A stretch of DNA of 64,000 nt from contig JAFXFF010000044.1 in assembly GCA_017520705.1 (NCBI GenBank), forward strand, positions 60,108 through 124,107. Direction: 5' to 3'. A program made the position numbers and the translations under genes. The DNA is from Clostridia bacterium (GTDB taxonomy: Bacteria; Bacillota; Clostridia; Oscillospirales; Acutalibacteraceae). Within the stretch, counting starts at the first letter, position 1; every line of letters starts with the position of its first letter. The notes beneath the pieces were generated by a model that was not told the origin of the DNA, searched no databases, and was given only the letters and a program-made list of their open reading frames with translations. This document shows positions 1-9,692 of the stretch, piece by piece.

Positions 1-603
1 GGGATGGTCATATTTTTCAGGCGCTCCCGCACTTTTTTGAGATACGCCTTATCCACCCGATCCGCCATATAGCAGATGCACACGTCGGTGGCAGAGATCC
101 GCCCCACCGGAATCACTTCCATCGTGAGGGCGGGATCCCGCAGACGGCGGCGGATCAGGGCGGCATTAAACACCAGCGTCTCCACCAGCCCATCCCGACT
201 GCCGCGGAGCACACGGTCGGTCTCCGGCTCCTCTACGCCACGGACGGGATAGGTACGGGCATCGATGAGGATGACCCGATCCAGCCCCTCCATCACCAGC
301 GCCGTGGTGCCCGACAGCACCGACGTGACCACCTTGTCCAGGTCGGCAGTGATCTCCACCTCGGTATAGGTGATGTACCGGGTGACGAACTCGTCGGCAG
401 AGGCGATGCCGTTCACCTTATCGGGGGTGAGGTTGGTGAGATACTGGAGCATCCGCGCCAGCACCTCGTCCTTGGTAAAGCCATCTACAAAGAACATGGT
501 CGCCAGCCGTCCGCCGATGGATACGGGACGGCTCATCAGGTCAAAGCTGGCGTCCACCCGTAGCTTACGGGACAGACGGTCAATGGTTTCGGTATAGGTC
601 ATA
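1..603 (-). CDS. Spore germination protein, GerA/SpoVAF family (N-terminal part; C-terminus lies outside the window)
   Basis: Reverse-strand translation from ATG at 601-603 (RBS GGAGTG upstream) gives MTYTETIDRLSRKL... with the GerA-family motif VEEPETDRVLRGSRDGLVETLVFNAALIRRRL. No stop within the window, so it is absent from the ORF track. Confidence 0.6.
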
Positions 604-659
604 CGCACACACTCCTTTGATGCTAATCAAGGATAGTATGCGAAAATTTGTCAAAAATA

Positions 660-1493
660 TCAGTCGGTCAGTGCAATAAAGGCCGCCAGACTGCCTCGGT
701 CGTTGCCCGTGTGGCGATGGGACCAAAACACGTCGGGACGGCAACGGGTACACAGATCGGTGACGGTGACGTGCTCGGGCAGCACCCCCGCCTTAAGCAA
801 CCAGCGGCGGTTCACCTCCCACAGATCGATGTGGTATTTCCCGCCGCCGTTGTCGGTGCAGCAGGTGTCGTCAAACACCGCCACTTGACAAAACGCGTCG
901 TACACAGGGCTATCCACCTCAAAGCAGCAATGCCCGATGGAGGGGCCGATGCCCACCACAATATCCTCGGGACGGCATCCGTATTCCTCCCCCATCCTCT
1001 CCACCGTCACGGCGGCGATGCCGGCGGCGGTGCCCCGCCATCCGGCGTGGGAGGTAGCCACCACCCGCTTCACGGGGTCGGCAAAAAACAGCGGCACACA
1101 ATCGGCGTATTGGGTGCACAGCACCACCCCGGGCTCATTGGTGATCAGTCCGTCCACGTCGGTGTATTCTTTTTCCCGCGTCACGCCACGCCCACAATCC
1201 TCTGCGGTGACAATCTTCACGTTGGCAGTATGTGTCTGAGCGGAGATCACCACGTGATCCGCATCCACCCCGATGGCGGCGCAGAAACGGTCAAAATTCT
1301 CCCGCACCGCCATAGGATCGTCCCCGCGGGTAAAAGACAAATTCATCGAAGCGAAGATGCCCTCGCTGACACCACCCAGACGGGTGGAAAAGCCGTGGCG
1401 AACGCAGCCCAGGTCATCCAAAGCGGGAAAGGTATAATACAATAAATCTCCCACCCGGTGGGCGCACAAAGCTTCGGTTTTGGGCAACAGCAT
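660..1493 (-). CDS. pgeF: PgeF/YfiH family (DUF152) purine nucleoside phosphorylase / peptidoglycan editing factor
   Basis: 277-aa ORF with the conserved His/Cys laccase-domain pattern typical of YfiH/PgeF (…HAGWRGT…, …GPSIGHCCFEV…, …CTRCRPDVFWSHRHT…). TGA stop. Confidence 0.8.
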   Translation of the reverse strand: MLLPKTEALCAHRVGDLLYYTFPALDDLGCVRHGFSTRLGGVSEGIFASMNLSFTRGDDPMAVRENFDRFCAAIGVDADHVVISAQTHTANVKIVTAEDCGRGVTREKEYTDVDGLITNEPGVVLCTQYADCVPLFFADPVKRVVATSHAGWRGTAAGIAAVTVERMGEEYGCRPEDIVVGIGPSIGHCCFEVDSPVYDAFCQVAVFDDTCCTDNGGGKYHIDLWEVNRRWLLKAGVLPEHVTVTDLCTRCRPDVFWSHRHTGNDRGSLAAFIALTD

Positions 1494-1666
1494 AGAGACA
1501 CCTTCTTTCTATCCACATTACCTTACATTATACGAAATATTGCGACAAAACACAAGAGGAAACCAAAAAGGATTTGTGTTTTTCGCCCACAAAATTTTCC
1601 TTTACATTTGTACCATTTTCCGATATAATATTACGGATAACACGCAAACCATCCGAGAACGGAGAA

Positions 1667-2809
1667 ATGATTATGCTGCAATTTGAAGAATTGAGATTAA
1701 AACTGGAGGCTCTGCTCCCCGGTATCGAGGATCTGGCCGGCTCCATCGGCCTGGACGGTCTGCGCCGTCAGGCGGAGGAGCTGGACGCCCAGGCCTCTGC
1801 CCCCGGCTTTTGGGACAATATGGAGTTTGCCCAGAAGATGACCCAGAAGGCCGCCGGCGTCAAGAGCAAGATCGAGGCCTACGAGCGTCTGCAGAGTGAC
1901 TACGCAGACACCCTGACCCTCATCGAGCTGGCAGACGAGGCGGAGGACCTCTCCCTGCTGGAGGAGTGCCAGGAGGGCTTCGACAAGGTGCAGAAGTCGA
2001 TGGAGACCCAGCGTCTGGCCACCCTGCTTTCCGGCGAGTACGACGGCAAGAACGCCATCCTCAACTTCCAGGCGGGTACCGGCGGCACCGAGGCGCAGGA
2101 TTGGGCCCAGATGCTGTACCGTCTGTACACCCGCTGGGCGGAGCGCCACGGCTATCAGTACAATATTCTGGACTATCAGGACGGCGACGAGGCGGGCATC
2201 AAGAGTGCCTCCATCGAGATCCTCGGCGAAAACGCCTATGGCTATCTGAAGAGTGAGAACGGCGTCCACCGTTTGGTGCGCATCTCTCCCTTCGACGCCT
2301 CCGGCCGTCGCCAGACCTCCTTTGCCGCGTTGGAAGTGATTCCTATGCTGGACAACGATACCTCCGTGGAGATTCGTCCCGAGGACATCAAGATGGACGT
2401 GTTCCGTTCTTCCGGCGCCGGCGGTCAGCACATCAACAAGACCTCCTCTGCCGTGCGTCTGACCCATATCCCCACCGGCATCGTGGTGGCCTGCCAGAAC
2501 GAGCGCAGCCAGTTCCAGAACCGCGACAAGTGTATGGAAATGCTGAAGTCCAAGCTGGTGAAGATCAAGGAGCAGGAACATTTGGATAAGCTCAGCGACA
2601 TCAAGGGTGCCCAGGCGCAGATCGCGTGGGGTAGCCAGATCCGCTCCTACGTGTTTATGCCCTACACACTGGCTAAGGACACCCGCACCGGCTTTGAGAG
2701 CGGCAACATTCAGGCAGTGATGGACGGCGAGATCGACGGCTTCATCAACGCCTATCTCCAGGCCCTCGCCAACGGCACCCTGGGCAAGGCTTCCGTGGCT
2801 GAGGAGTAA
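1667..2809 (+). CDS. prfB: Peptide chain release factor 2 (continuous frame, no +1 frameshift site)
   Basis: SPF tripeptide motif (RISPFDASGRRQTSFA) and GGQ motif (SSGAGGQHINKT). RBS GGAGAA precedes ATG at 1667. sigma-A-like promoter TTTACA-17-TATAAT at ~1607-1640. TAA stop. Confidence 0.9.
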   Translation: MIMLQFEELRLKLEALLPGIEDLAGSIGLDGLRRQAEELDAQASAPGFWDNMEFAQKMTQKAAGVKSKIEAYERLQSDYADTLTLIELADEAEDLSLLEECQEGFDKVQKSMETQRLATLLSGEYDGKNAILNFQAGTGGTEAQDWAQMLYRLYTRWAERHGYQYNILDYQDGDEAGIKSASIEILGENAYGYLKSENGVHRLVRISPFDASGRRQTSFAALEVIPMLDNDTSVEIRPEDIKMDVFRSSGAGGQHINKTSSAVRLTHIPTGIVVACQNERSQFQNRDKCMEMLKSKLVKIKEQEHLDKLSDIKGAQAQIAWGSQIRSYVFMPYTLAKDTRTGFESGNIQAVMDGEIDGFINAYLQALANGTLGKASVAEE

Positions 2810-2861
2810 AAACAGTCTGAGCTATGACCCTATAAAACCGCTTACTATATTTTGAAACAAA

Positions 2862-2900
2862 CGCATCGTTGAGTTCGCTCTTCGATGCGTTTGTTTACTT
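2862..2900 (+). terminator. Rho-independent terminator after prfB
   Basis: Hairpin aaacaaacgcatcg…cgatgcgtttgttt followed by T-rich tract. Confidence 0.6.
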
Positions 2901-2966
2901 TTCATCGTAATGGCGATACAATAAAAATGCAATCGGTTGTAACACTCAACTTAGGAGGGATAAGAA

Positions 2967-4037
2967 ATGTCGATTTCCATCGCTAAAACCATTAAAACCT
3001 TGCGTGCTCGCAAAGGAATCACACAGGAAGAGCTTGCATTTCATCTTGGTGTGACCTCGCAAGCAATTTCTAAGTGGGAACGCGACGAAGGCTATCCGGA
3101 CATCACCATGTTGCCTCTAATCGCCAATTTCTTTGAAATTAGTACCGACGAATTGCTCGGTGTCAATGTTGCCAAAAAATCGGAAGCAATCAGGACGATT
3201 GTCGCCAACGCCAACGCTTTTTATCATCATGGCGACCTAAACAATGCACAGCGCGTGTTGGAAGACGGACTAACGGAATATCCAAACGCACACCGTCTGC
3301 TTTTAGAGCTCATTCAACTTAAGTACGAACTGCCGTATGCAAGTCGCATCGAAAAAGAAGCCGTAATCTCTTCATCAATCGTCACACTTGAACGCATTTT
3401 GGAGGAAAGCAACGATAGCTTAATCCGCAATTTTGCGACAACACTTCTGATTCGTCACTATAAAAATCAAGGTGACCGTCAAAAAGCACTGGAACTCGCT
3501 AAAAAGCAAGCAGTTATGAATGCATCCAGTACCATTTTACTATGTGATCTAACCGAGGGAGAGGAGCGTCTTCAGCATATTCAGCAGGCTATCCGCTTCA
3601 CTCTCGAAGAATTGAACGGACTCTTTTCTCGACTGGGCGACTATACAGACAACAACGGCTATACACTTGAAGAAAAGATCGCCATCCGCCAACTCGGTAT
3701 TTGCGTGAACGAAGCGGTGCTCGGTAACGAAGCGCACATTGGTTTTGGATGGAACTATTGGAAACGCTGTGAAACAATCGCACAAGGCTATATCATGAAA
3801 GACGATATTGACAACGCGATGATGTGGCTTGAGAAAGCCGCTGCCATCGCTCGCGCACACGACTCACTTCCCGAGCAAAGCAGCTATACCGTCCTCCCAC
3901 TCAAAGGATGCGTGTTTGATCACGCCAAAACCACCAAAAACTACCAAAGCAGTGAAAGCGAACAATTCATAAAACGCTTACAAAACGATGTATATGACAC
4001 TCTCCGAAACGATCCGAGATTTCAAAACTTAACGTAA
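2967..4037 (+). CDS. XRE-family HTH transcriptional regulator with C-terminal TPR-like domain (RNPP-like architecture)
   Basis: N-terminal HTH_3 (GITQEELAFHLGVTSQAISKWERDEGYPDITMLPLIANFFEISTDELLG) followed by ~280 aa of helical repeats. RBS AGGAGGG precedes the ATG. Confidence 0.7.
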   Translation: MSISIAKTIKTLRARKGITQEELAFHLGVTSQAISKWERDEGYPDITMLPLIANFFEISTDELLGVNVAKKSEAIRTIVANANAFYHHGDLNNAQRVLEDGLTEYPNAHRLLLELIQLKYELPYASRIEKEAVISSSIVTLERILEESNDSLIRNFATTLLIRHYKNQGDRQKALELAKKQAVMNASSTILLCDLTEGEERLQHIQQAIRFTLEELNGLFSRLGDYTDNNGYTLEEKIAIRQLGICVNEAVLGNEAHIGFGWNYWKRCETIAQGYIMKDDIDNAMMWLEKAAAIARAHDSLPEQSSYTVLPLKGCVFDHAKTTKNYQSSESEQFIKRLQNDVYDTLRNDPRFQNLT

Positions 4038-4039
4038 AC

Positions 4040-4210
4040 ATCCAATAGCCACCGTAGGTGGCGTGGCTTCCCCTTGAGGGGAAGCTGGCACGGCGCAAGC
4101 CGTGACTGATGAGGTGTTCCGCGGAGCGGCTATATCCAATCAATGCGTCCCGCACCACCTCATCCACCGCCTTCGGCGGTCCCCCTTCCCCTCAAGGGGA
4201 AGGCTAACAA
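4040..4210. repeat. Mosaic palindromic intergenic repeat element (copy A of a family)
   Basis: Hairpins cttcccc-ttga-ggggaag and ccttcccc-tcaa-ggggaagg. Shares modules with copies at 27.9, 31.9, 35.7, 37.3, 44.4 and 48.0 kb. Confidence 0.6.
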
Positions 4211-4237
4211 ACCCGTACGAATCTACACATAAAAAAA

Positions 4238-4268
4238 CGGTGACCCGATCGGGTCACCGTTTTTTCTA
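4238..4268. terminator. Bidirectional intrinsic terminator
   Basis: aaaaaaacggtgacccgatcgggtcaccgttttttc: perfect hairpin flanked by A- and T-tracts. Confidence 0.7.
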
Positions 4269-4448
4269 TTAGTTCTGTCTTCTCACAATGCGGTATTCGT
4301 CACGGACGCGGAAATAGGGGCAGCGATTGTGTCCCGAGGCAAGAAACCGCTCATACTCGTCCATATCCAGATTCATCATACACGCGTAGGTGTCGGTCTC
4401 CTCGTCATAGTCGAAGTAATCGCACTCTTCACAGCGGATATCCTGCAT
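4269..4448 (-). CDS. Small Cys-rich protein (~59 aa), translationally coupled to the upstream glycosyltransferase
   Basis: MQDIRCEECDYFDYDEETDTYAC…HNRCPYFRV (two CxxC-like pairs). ATG lies 2 nt after the GT stop, preceded by GAGGAGG. TAA stop. Confidence 0.5.
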   Translation of the reverse strand: MQDIRCEECDYFDYDEETDTYACMMNLDMDEYERFLASGHNRCPYFRVRDEYRIVRRQN

Positions 4449-4449
4449 A

Positions 4450-5391
4450 TTAGTCCTCCTCATCGTAGGAGAGATACTCCTTCGCCACGTAGATGGGACG
4501 GTGCTTGCCCTGAATATAAATGCGGGCAATGTACTCGCCGATGATACCGAGAATGATCATTTGGATACCGCCAATGAGCAGAATGGACGCAATGATGGTG
4601 GCATAGCCGGGGAAGGCGATCTCAAAGAACAGTCTTTGAATCACCACCACCACCATATAGATGAGGGACAGGAAGGACATCACCGCACCGATGCCGGTGG
4701 CGATCTTCAGCGGGAAGGTGGTATAGGAGATGATACCGTCCAGCGCGTATTTCAGCAGCTTCCAGAAGGACCAGTTGGTGGTACCGGCATGACGCTCCTG
4801 CGCCACGTAGGGGATGAAATGGGTGTTGAAACCCACCCAAGAGAAAATACCCTTGGAGAAGCGGTAGCACTCCTGAACGCTGAGGATGGCGTCCGCTACC
4901 GTGCGGCGGAAGGTACGGAAATCGCTGGCGCCCTCGTGGAGGTTGACGTCACACACCTTGTCCATCAGACGGTAAAAGCGCTTTTTGCACCAAGAGGTGA
5001 ATTTGCCCTCAATGCGATTCTCCTGATAGGCCGCTACCGAATCAAAATCGGGATTGTTGTCCAAAAACTCCACCATCTCGACAACAATGTCGGGGCTCTG
5101 CTGCAGATCGGCGTCCAGCAGGGTGACGTAATCGCCGCAGGATTTCTGCAGGCCGGCATACATGGCCGCCTCCTTGCCAAAATTGCGTGACAAGTTCACC
5201 AGCTTTACAGGGCAGAGATGCCGCTCGTAGAGCGCCTTCAGCGCCTTCCAGGTGCCGTCACGGCTGCCGTCGTTGACAAAGATGAGTTCGTAGGACTCCA
5301 CCTTACCCTCAAAGGCTTTGACGCATACTTCCTGCAGGGGACCTACGTTAAGTTCTTCGTTAAAGCAGGGGATGACCACCGATAATTTCAT
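4450..5391 (-). CDS. GT2 family polyprenyl-phosphate glycosyltransferase (GtrB/CsbB/ArnC-like) with C-terminal TM helices
   Basis: MKLSVVIPCFNEE…FVNDGSRDGT…LDADLQ motifs plus two C-terminal hydrophobic helices. RBS AAGGAGGG. Confidence 0.8.
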   Translation of the reverse strand: MKLSVVIPCFNEELNVGPLQEVCVKAFEGKVESYELIFVNDGSRDGTWKALKALYERHLCPVKLVNLSRNFGKEAAMYAGLQKSCGDYVTLLDADLQQSPDIVVEMVEFLDNNPDFDSVAAYQENRIEGKFTSWCKKRFYRLMDKVCDVNLHEGASDFRTFRRTVADAILSVQECYRFSKGIFSWVGFNTHFIPYVAQERHAGTTNWSFWKLLKYALDGIISYTTFPLKIATGIGAVMSFLSLIYMVVVVIQRLFFEIAFPGYATIIASILLIGGIQMIILGIIGEYIARIYIQGKHRPIYVAKEYLSYDEED

Positions 5392-5533
5392 TTCCTTTTC
5401 CCTCCTTGGGGTGTATATCTGAATCATTATAGCAAATTCTCTCCCATTTGGCAAGGGGCATCTGTAAAAAGAGCGATTTCTCCTTCGTTATTGCTTTTTC
5501 CCGACGCCTGTGCTACAATGGGCGTGAAAGGAT

Positions 5534-6523
5534 GTGAACCGAATGAAATGTAAAAAGTGGTTAGCCCTCTTACTGACCATCCTGCTGGTATTCTGCGCCA
5601 CCTCTTGCCGCACCGATACCTCCGATCACCGTGACGAGGATTCGGGCTCCTCCACCGCCTCCATCTACAACCAGGTCGCCGACGGTCCTTTGCTGTATCA
5701 GGTAACCGATACGGACGGAGACGTGGTGTGGTTGTTCGGTTCCATTCACGTAGGCAAAAACGAGTTTTATCCTCTGCCGGATTATGTTCTCGACGCATTA
5801 AAGCAATCCGACGGCTTGGCTGTCGAATTTGACATCTTAGCCTTTGAAGCCGACATAACGGCGCAAAGCCGCGCCATAACCCATATGAGGTATACCGACG
5901 GAAGCACCATAGCCGACCATCTATCCCCGGACGTATACGAGCAAGCGGTACAAGCGCTGAAAGAGAAAGGGCTCTACTCCCCCCTCTACCACCAATATAA
6001 ACCTGTGATGTGGTCCTCCATGATCGACTCTTCTTTGATGGATCCCAATGCTGCTGCCTTGGGCGTGGATCGCTATATGATCCAATTTGCCAAGGAACTG
6101 GGGTTACCGGTTTTGGACGTGGAATCGGCCGAGGCGCAATACCGCATGATGGGCTCCTTCTCCGACGCATTGCAGGAATTGTTGCTCAAGACCTCTCTTG
6201 CCGGAGGGCAAAGCGCGGATGCCTACCGTCGCCAAGTGGAAGAGCTGATGGATCTGTGGATCAGCGGCAACGCCAAAGCGTTGCGCAGGGAGCTCAGCAC
6301 CAAGAGCACGTTCTTCCTTCCGAAACAAGAAAAACAACTGTACAAAGAGTATACCAACAAAATGTACGCCGAACGGGATGATGGCATGACCGCCTTTGTG
6401 AAGCAGGCGCTGGATGAGGGCGAAGAGCTGTTTGTCTGCGTCGGCGCTGCCCATATCGTGGGCAAGGGCGCCATCATCGACCAATTGCTGGCCGATGGGT
6501 ATATCGTCGAATTGGTAAACTGA
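5534..6523 (+). CDS. TraB/GumN family lipoprotein
   Basis: Signal peptide with lipobox (LVFCATSC). WLFGSIHVG…ERD…GAAHIVG pattern typical of TraB/GumN. Alternative ATG start at 5543. Confidence 0.7.
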   Translation: MNRMKCKKWLALLLTILLVFCATSCRTDTSDHRDEDSGSSTASIYNQVADGPLLYQVTDTDGDVVWLFGSIHVGKNEFYPLPDYVLDALKQSDGLAVEFDILAFEADITAQSRAITHMRYTDGSTIADHLSPDVYEQAVQALKEKGLYSPLYHQYKPVMWSSMIDSSLMDPNAAALGVDRYMIQFAKELGLPVLDVESAEAQYRMMGSFSDALQELLLKTSLAGGQSADAYRRQVEELMDLWISGNAKALRRELSTKSTFFLPKQEKQLYKEYTNKMYAERDDGMTAFVKQALDEGEELFVCVGAAHIVGKGAIIDQLLADGYIVELVN

Positions 6524-6552
6524 AGCCTAGGGTGAGCAGTAAAAGAAGCCTG

Positions 6553-6590
6553 TTTCCGCATGGGAAACAGGCTTCTTTTTTTAATGCTTA
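6553..6590. terminator. Bidirectional terminator between convergent genes
   Basis: gaagcctgtttcc-gcatg-ggaaacaggcttc followed by T7. Confidence 0.7.
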
Positions 6591-8192
6591 TCAGCGGCTC
6601 TTCTTCTTAAGCAGCAGGATCACAACGGCAGCAGCGGCCACAACGCCGACGCCAACACCGACAACCACTCCCACGGGGAAGGGCTTATCGGGGGTGGCGG
6701 AAGTATCCTCGTCCTTCTCGGGGGTAGCCGTAGGAGGAGCAAGGGTCGCGGTGGCAGTGGCAGCGGGCTCGGTCGGCGCATCGGTGGCCGAGGGCGCCTC
6801 AATGGAGGGGGTACCCGTGCCGATGGGATCGGTGGGAACGGTGGTAGCGGGCGCATCGGTGGGAGCCACCGTGGGATCATCGACAACCGGAGCGGTAGTG
6901 ATCACGTCTACAGGCTTGCCGGTGGTGGTGGGAGCCACTACGGAAGCGGTGGTAGAGGGCTCGGTCTTCTGGGTAACGGTAGGCTTAAAGACCGAACCGG
7001 AAGTGGGCTTCTGGGTGGTGGAAGCCGGCTTCTGAGTGGTGGAAGTGGTGGTCGCCTTAGTCGTAGTGGTAGTGGTGGTAGTGGGAACCTCCTTGGGGCT
7101 GTAGCGGGGAGGCTCCACCTCCACGTCATCGGTGGCAGTCACCTTGCGGGAGGAGGCGTACACCGTGGTGTTGGGGGTGGCGTGGTAGCCTTCCTCGCTG
7201 AAGTTGGCGTGCCAAGTACCCTTAGACTTCAGGTTGTGGACGCCGTTGGCGTCGTAACGGGTGATGATGACCTCGTTGCCGCGGATGAGGAACACGCTGA
7301 GGGTCAGCGCGGTATCAGCCTTGGGATCGTTACTGGAGTTGTAACCCACGTAGCCCGCGTTCATATAGGTGAAGTTGATGGTCTCGGTCTCCACCTCGTA
7401 CTTGGTGCCGTGAGCCACCTGCATTTTGTCACCCTTCTTCAGATAGATGGCAGAGCTGCCCAGGAAATCGTCGTAGCCGCTGGAATGGTTGTGACCGAAC
7501 AGATAGATGATGTTCAGGCCCTTGGCACCGCCCTCGTTGAGCACGTCCACCAGCTGATAGCCCTGAGAGCCGGAACCGTCCTTCAGGGTGCGGTTGCCCC
7601 AGTGCAGAGGAATGTGGTTGACCACAAAGATGGGTTTCTTCCAATTAGCAGCAGCCTTGGCATCCAAATAAGCCTTCAGCTCGGCGGCGGCCTTTTTGGT
7701 CTCGCTGGAGGTGTTACCCCACTCGCCGTACTGATCCTCGGGAATCAAGTACAGACCGTACTCACCGGTGGCGGGATCGTTGTTACCGTTGGGGGACAGA
7801 CCGGGGGTAGAGGCCAGATCGTGATTACCCTGAGCGAAGATAATGTTCTCGCCGACGATGGGCTCGAACACTTCCTTAATCGCCTTGATAGACTGCTTGT
7901 TCTGATTGATGGAAGACGGATCGGTGTAGCTACCACTGGCATTCAGGTCGCCGGCAAACAGCACGCCATCCGCGGTCTTCAGGCCGTGATTTTCTAAGGT
8001 GGCTACCAGATTTTGCAGAGTTTTCTTACCGGAAGCCACGCCGCTTTTGTCCTGAAAATCGGAAAAGGCGATGAGGATGGTATCCTCCTCGGTTGCTTCA
8101 ATGCCCTCTGCCGTAGCAGGGACAGCGATGGTAGATACCGCCAGGGTCACCAGCAGTACCGCACAGAGTAATAGGGCCAATACGCGTTTCAT
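6591..8192 (-). CDS. Secreted, membrane-anchored calcineurin-like metallophosphoesterase with Thr/Pro-rich stalk (paralog 1)
   Basis: Signal peptide; GDxx…GNHD…GHNH metallophosphatase motifs; ~150-aa T/P-rich linker; C-terminal TM plus KKKSR tail. Confidence 0.75.
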   Translation of the reverse strand: MKRVLALLLCAVLLVTLAVSTIAVPATAEGIEATEEDTILIAFSDFQDKSGVASGKKTLQNLVATLENHGLKTADGVLFAGDLNASGSYTDPSSINQNKQSIKAIKEVFEPIVGENIIFAQGNHDLASTPGLSPNGNNDPATGEYGLYLIPEDQYGEWGNTSSETKKAAAELKAYLDAKAAANWKKPIFVVNHIPLHWGNRTLKDGSGSQGYQLVDVLNEGGAKGLNIIYLFGHNHSSGYDDFLGSSAIYLKKGDKMQVAHGTKYEVETETINFTYMNAGYVGYNSSNDPKADTALTLSVFLIRGNEVIITRYDANGVHNLKSKGTWHANFSEEGYHATPNTTVYASSRKVTATDDVEVEPPRYSPKEVPTTTTTTTTKATTTSTTQKPASTTQKPTSGSVFKPTVTQKTEPSTTASVVAPTTTGKPVDVITTAPVVDDPTVAPTDAPATTVPTDPIGTGTPSIEAPSATDAPTEPAATATATLAPPTATPEKDEDTSATPDKPFPVGVVVGVGVGVVAAAAVVILLLKKKSR

Positions 8193-8213
8193 AGTATTTC
8201 CTCCGTTTTTATT

Positions 8214-9692
8214 TTATTTTTTGCGTTTGTACACCCATACAAACACAATAAAGCCAATGATCAGAATGGCACCGCCGCCAATGCCAAAGATGAGACCGAG
8301 GGGGGATTTTTTGGGGGCAGTGTCGGTCTCCTCCTCCCCACTCTGCTCAGGAGCAGAGGTATCCTCTCCCCCCTCCTCCGGCATCACGCAGTCATGCTCG
8401 ATAACCGTCCGGGAGGGGTCGGTGACCGTCGCCGAAACGGTGGGGTCGGGTACAGCCGATGTATCGGTGGTGGTTAGAGAAGGTACAGTAGATGTATCGG
8501 TTTGCAGGGTAGAAGTCGGCTTTTTGGTGGCCGTGGTGGTAGCGGAGGGCTCGGTGACCTCCGGCTCGTCCGGCTCTTCCTCCTCGATCGGGCTGTAGCG
8601 GGGGGACTCCACCTCCACGTCGTCGGTGGCGGTCACCTTGCGGGAGGAGGCGTATCGCGTCGTGTTGGGAGCGGCGTGATAGCCTTCCTTACTGTACTTA
8701 TCGATCCACTTGCCGGGGGATTTCAGATCGTGGACACCAAACTTGTTTTTGGTAAAGTTGATCTCCTCATCGTAGCGGGTGATGATCACCTCATCGCCGC
8801 GAACAAGAAACACACTCATAGTCAGAGCGCAATCTACCGCCGAATCGGGAGAGTTGACATATCCGATGTAACCGGCATTCATATAGGTGAAGTTGAGGGT
8901 GTAGGTGGTATGCTGGATCTTTTGCGCCGTCTCAGGTTCGCTGACGCACACCTCCATTTGGTCGCCCTTTTTGAGATAAACCGCCGCATTTCCTAAGAAA
9001 TCGTCGTAGCCACTGCCGTGGTTGTGTCCATACAGATAGATGATGTTTAGACCTTTAGCGCCTGCCTCATTGAGCACCTTAACCAGCAATTCGGCGTGGG
9101 CGCCCACGCCCTGCTCAATGGTGCGGTTGCCCCAATGCAGGGGGATGTGGTTGAGCACGAAAATCGGCTTGGTCCAACCGCTCTGCACCTTGGCATCCAA
9201 GTAGGCCTTCAGCTCGTCTGCCGCCTGCTTGGTGGTGTCGTAGGTGTAGGGGTAATTAAACTCCATACGCTGATTCTCATTGATGACAAACACGCCGTAT
9301 TTGCCCGAGGCGGGATCGTTGTTGCCATCCTTGGCCAAGCCTACGGTGTCTACGTGGTCGTGATTGCCCTGGGTAAAGATCATATTGTCGCCCACAATGG
9401 GTTGAAATACCTTTTTCAGTGCAACGATCCCCTCGGAGCTGGTGTTGGTCTCGCGCTTTTGAGGGGTATAATCGCCTACAAGGAAGGCGCCGTCAGCGCG
9501 GGTAAGACCGTGGAGTGACAAGATGTTCAGCAAATTCTCCACACGAGAGGTATCGTTACCACCCACCTGAAAATCCGATCCTGCCAGCAGGATCACGTCC
9601 TCCTCAGTGGCTACCACCTGCTCGGCAGACACCGCAGGAACGGCGGACAAAAACAAAAGCAAGGTGAGTGACAGGGTCAAAATCCGTTTCAT
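8214..9692 (-). CDS. Secreted, membrane-anchored calcineurin-like metallophosphoesterase (paralog 2)
   Basis: About 55% identical to the neighbouring gene over the catalytic domain (FTQGNHD…IPLHWGNRT…YGHNHGSGYDDFLG). Signal peptide; S/T/E-rich linker; C-terminal TM plus KRKK. Confidence 0.75.
   Translation of the reverse strand: MKRILTLSLTLLLFLSAVPAVSAEQVVATEEDVILLAGSDFQVGGNDTSRVENLLNILSLHGLTRADGAFLVGDYTPQKRETNTSSEGIVALKKVFQPIVGDNMIFTQGNHDHVDTVGLAKDGNNDPASGKYGVFVINENQRMEFNYPYTYDTTKQAADELKAYLDAKVQSGWTKPIFVLNHIPLHWGNRTIEQGVGAHAELLVKVLNEAGAKGLNIIYLYGHNHGSGYDDFLGNAAVYLKKGDQMEVCVSEPETAQKIQHTTYTLNFTYMNAGYIGYVNSPDSAVDCALTMSVFLVRGDEVIITRYDEEINFTKNKFGVHDLKSPGKWIDKYSKEGYHAAPNTTRYASSRKVTATDDVEVESPRYSPIEEEEPDEPEVTEPSATTTATKKPTSTLQTDTSTVPSLTTTDTSAVPDPTVSATVTDPSRTVIEHDCVMPEEGGEDTSAPEQSGEEETDTAPKKSPLGLIFGIGGGAILIIGFIVFVWVYKRKK

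Noticed and set aside
3967-4167. 66-aa minus-strand and 30-aa plus-strand ORFs inside repeat copy A as candidate quorum peptide genes
   Set aside because: No signal peptide or RBS. Sequence is dictated by the palindromic repeat modules shared with other intergenic copies.
6620-7129. Pro/Arg-rich small ORFs (6620..6886-, 6938..7129-) and 6532..7035+ within the phosphoesterase gene
   Set aside because: Alternative frames of the Thr/Pro-rich stalk coding repeats; no independent support.
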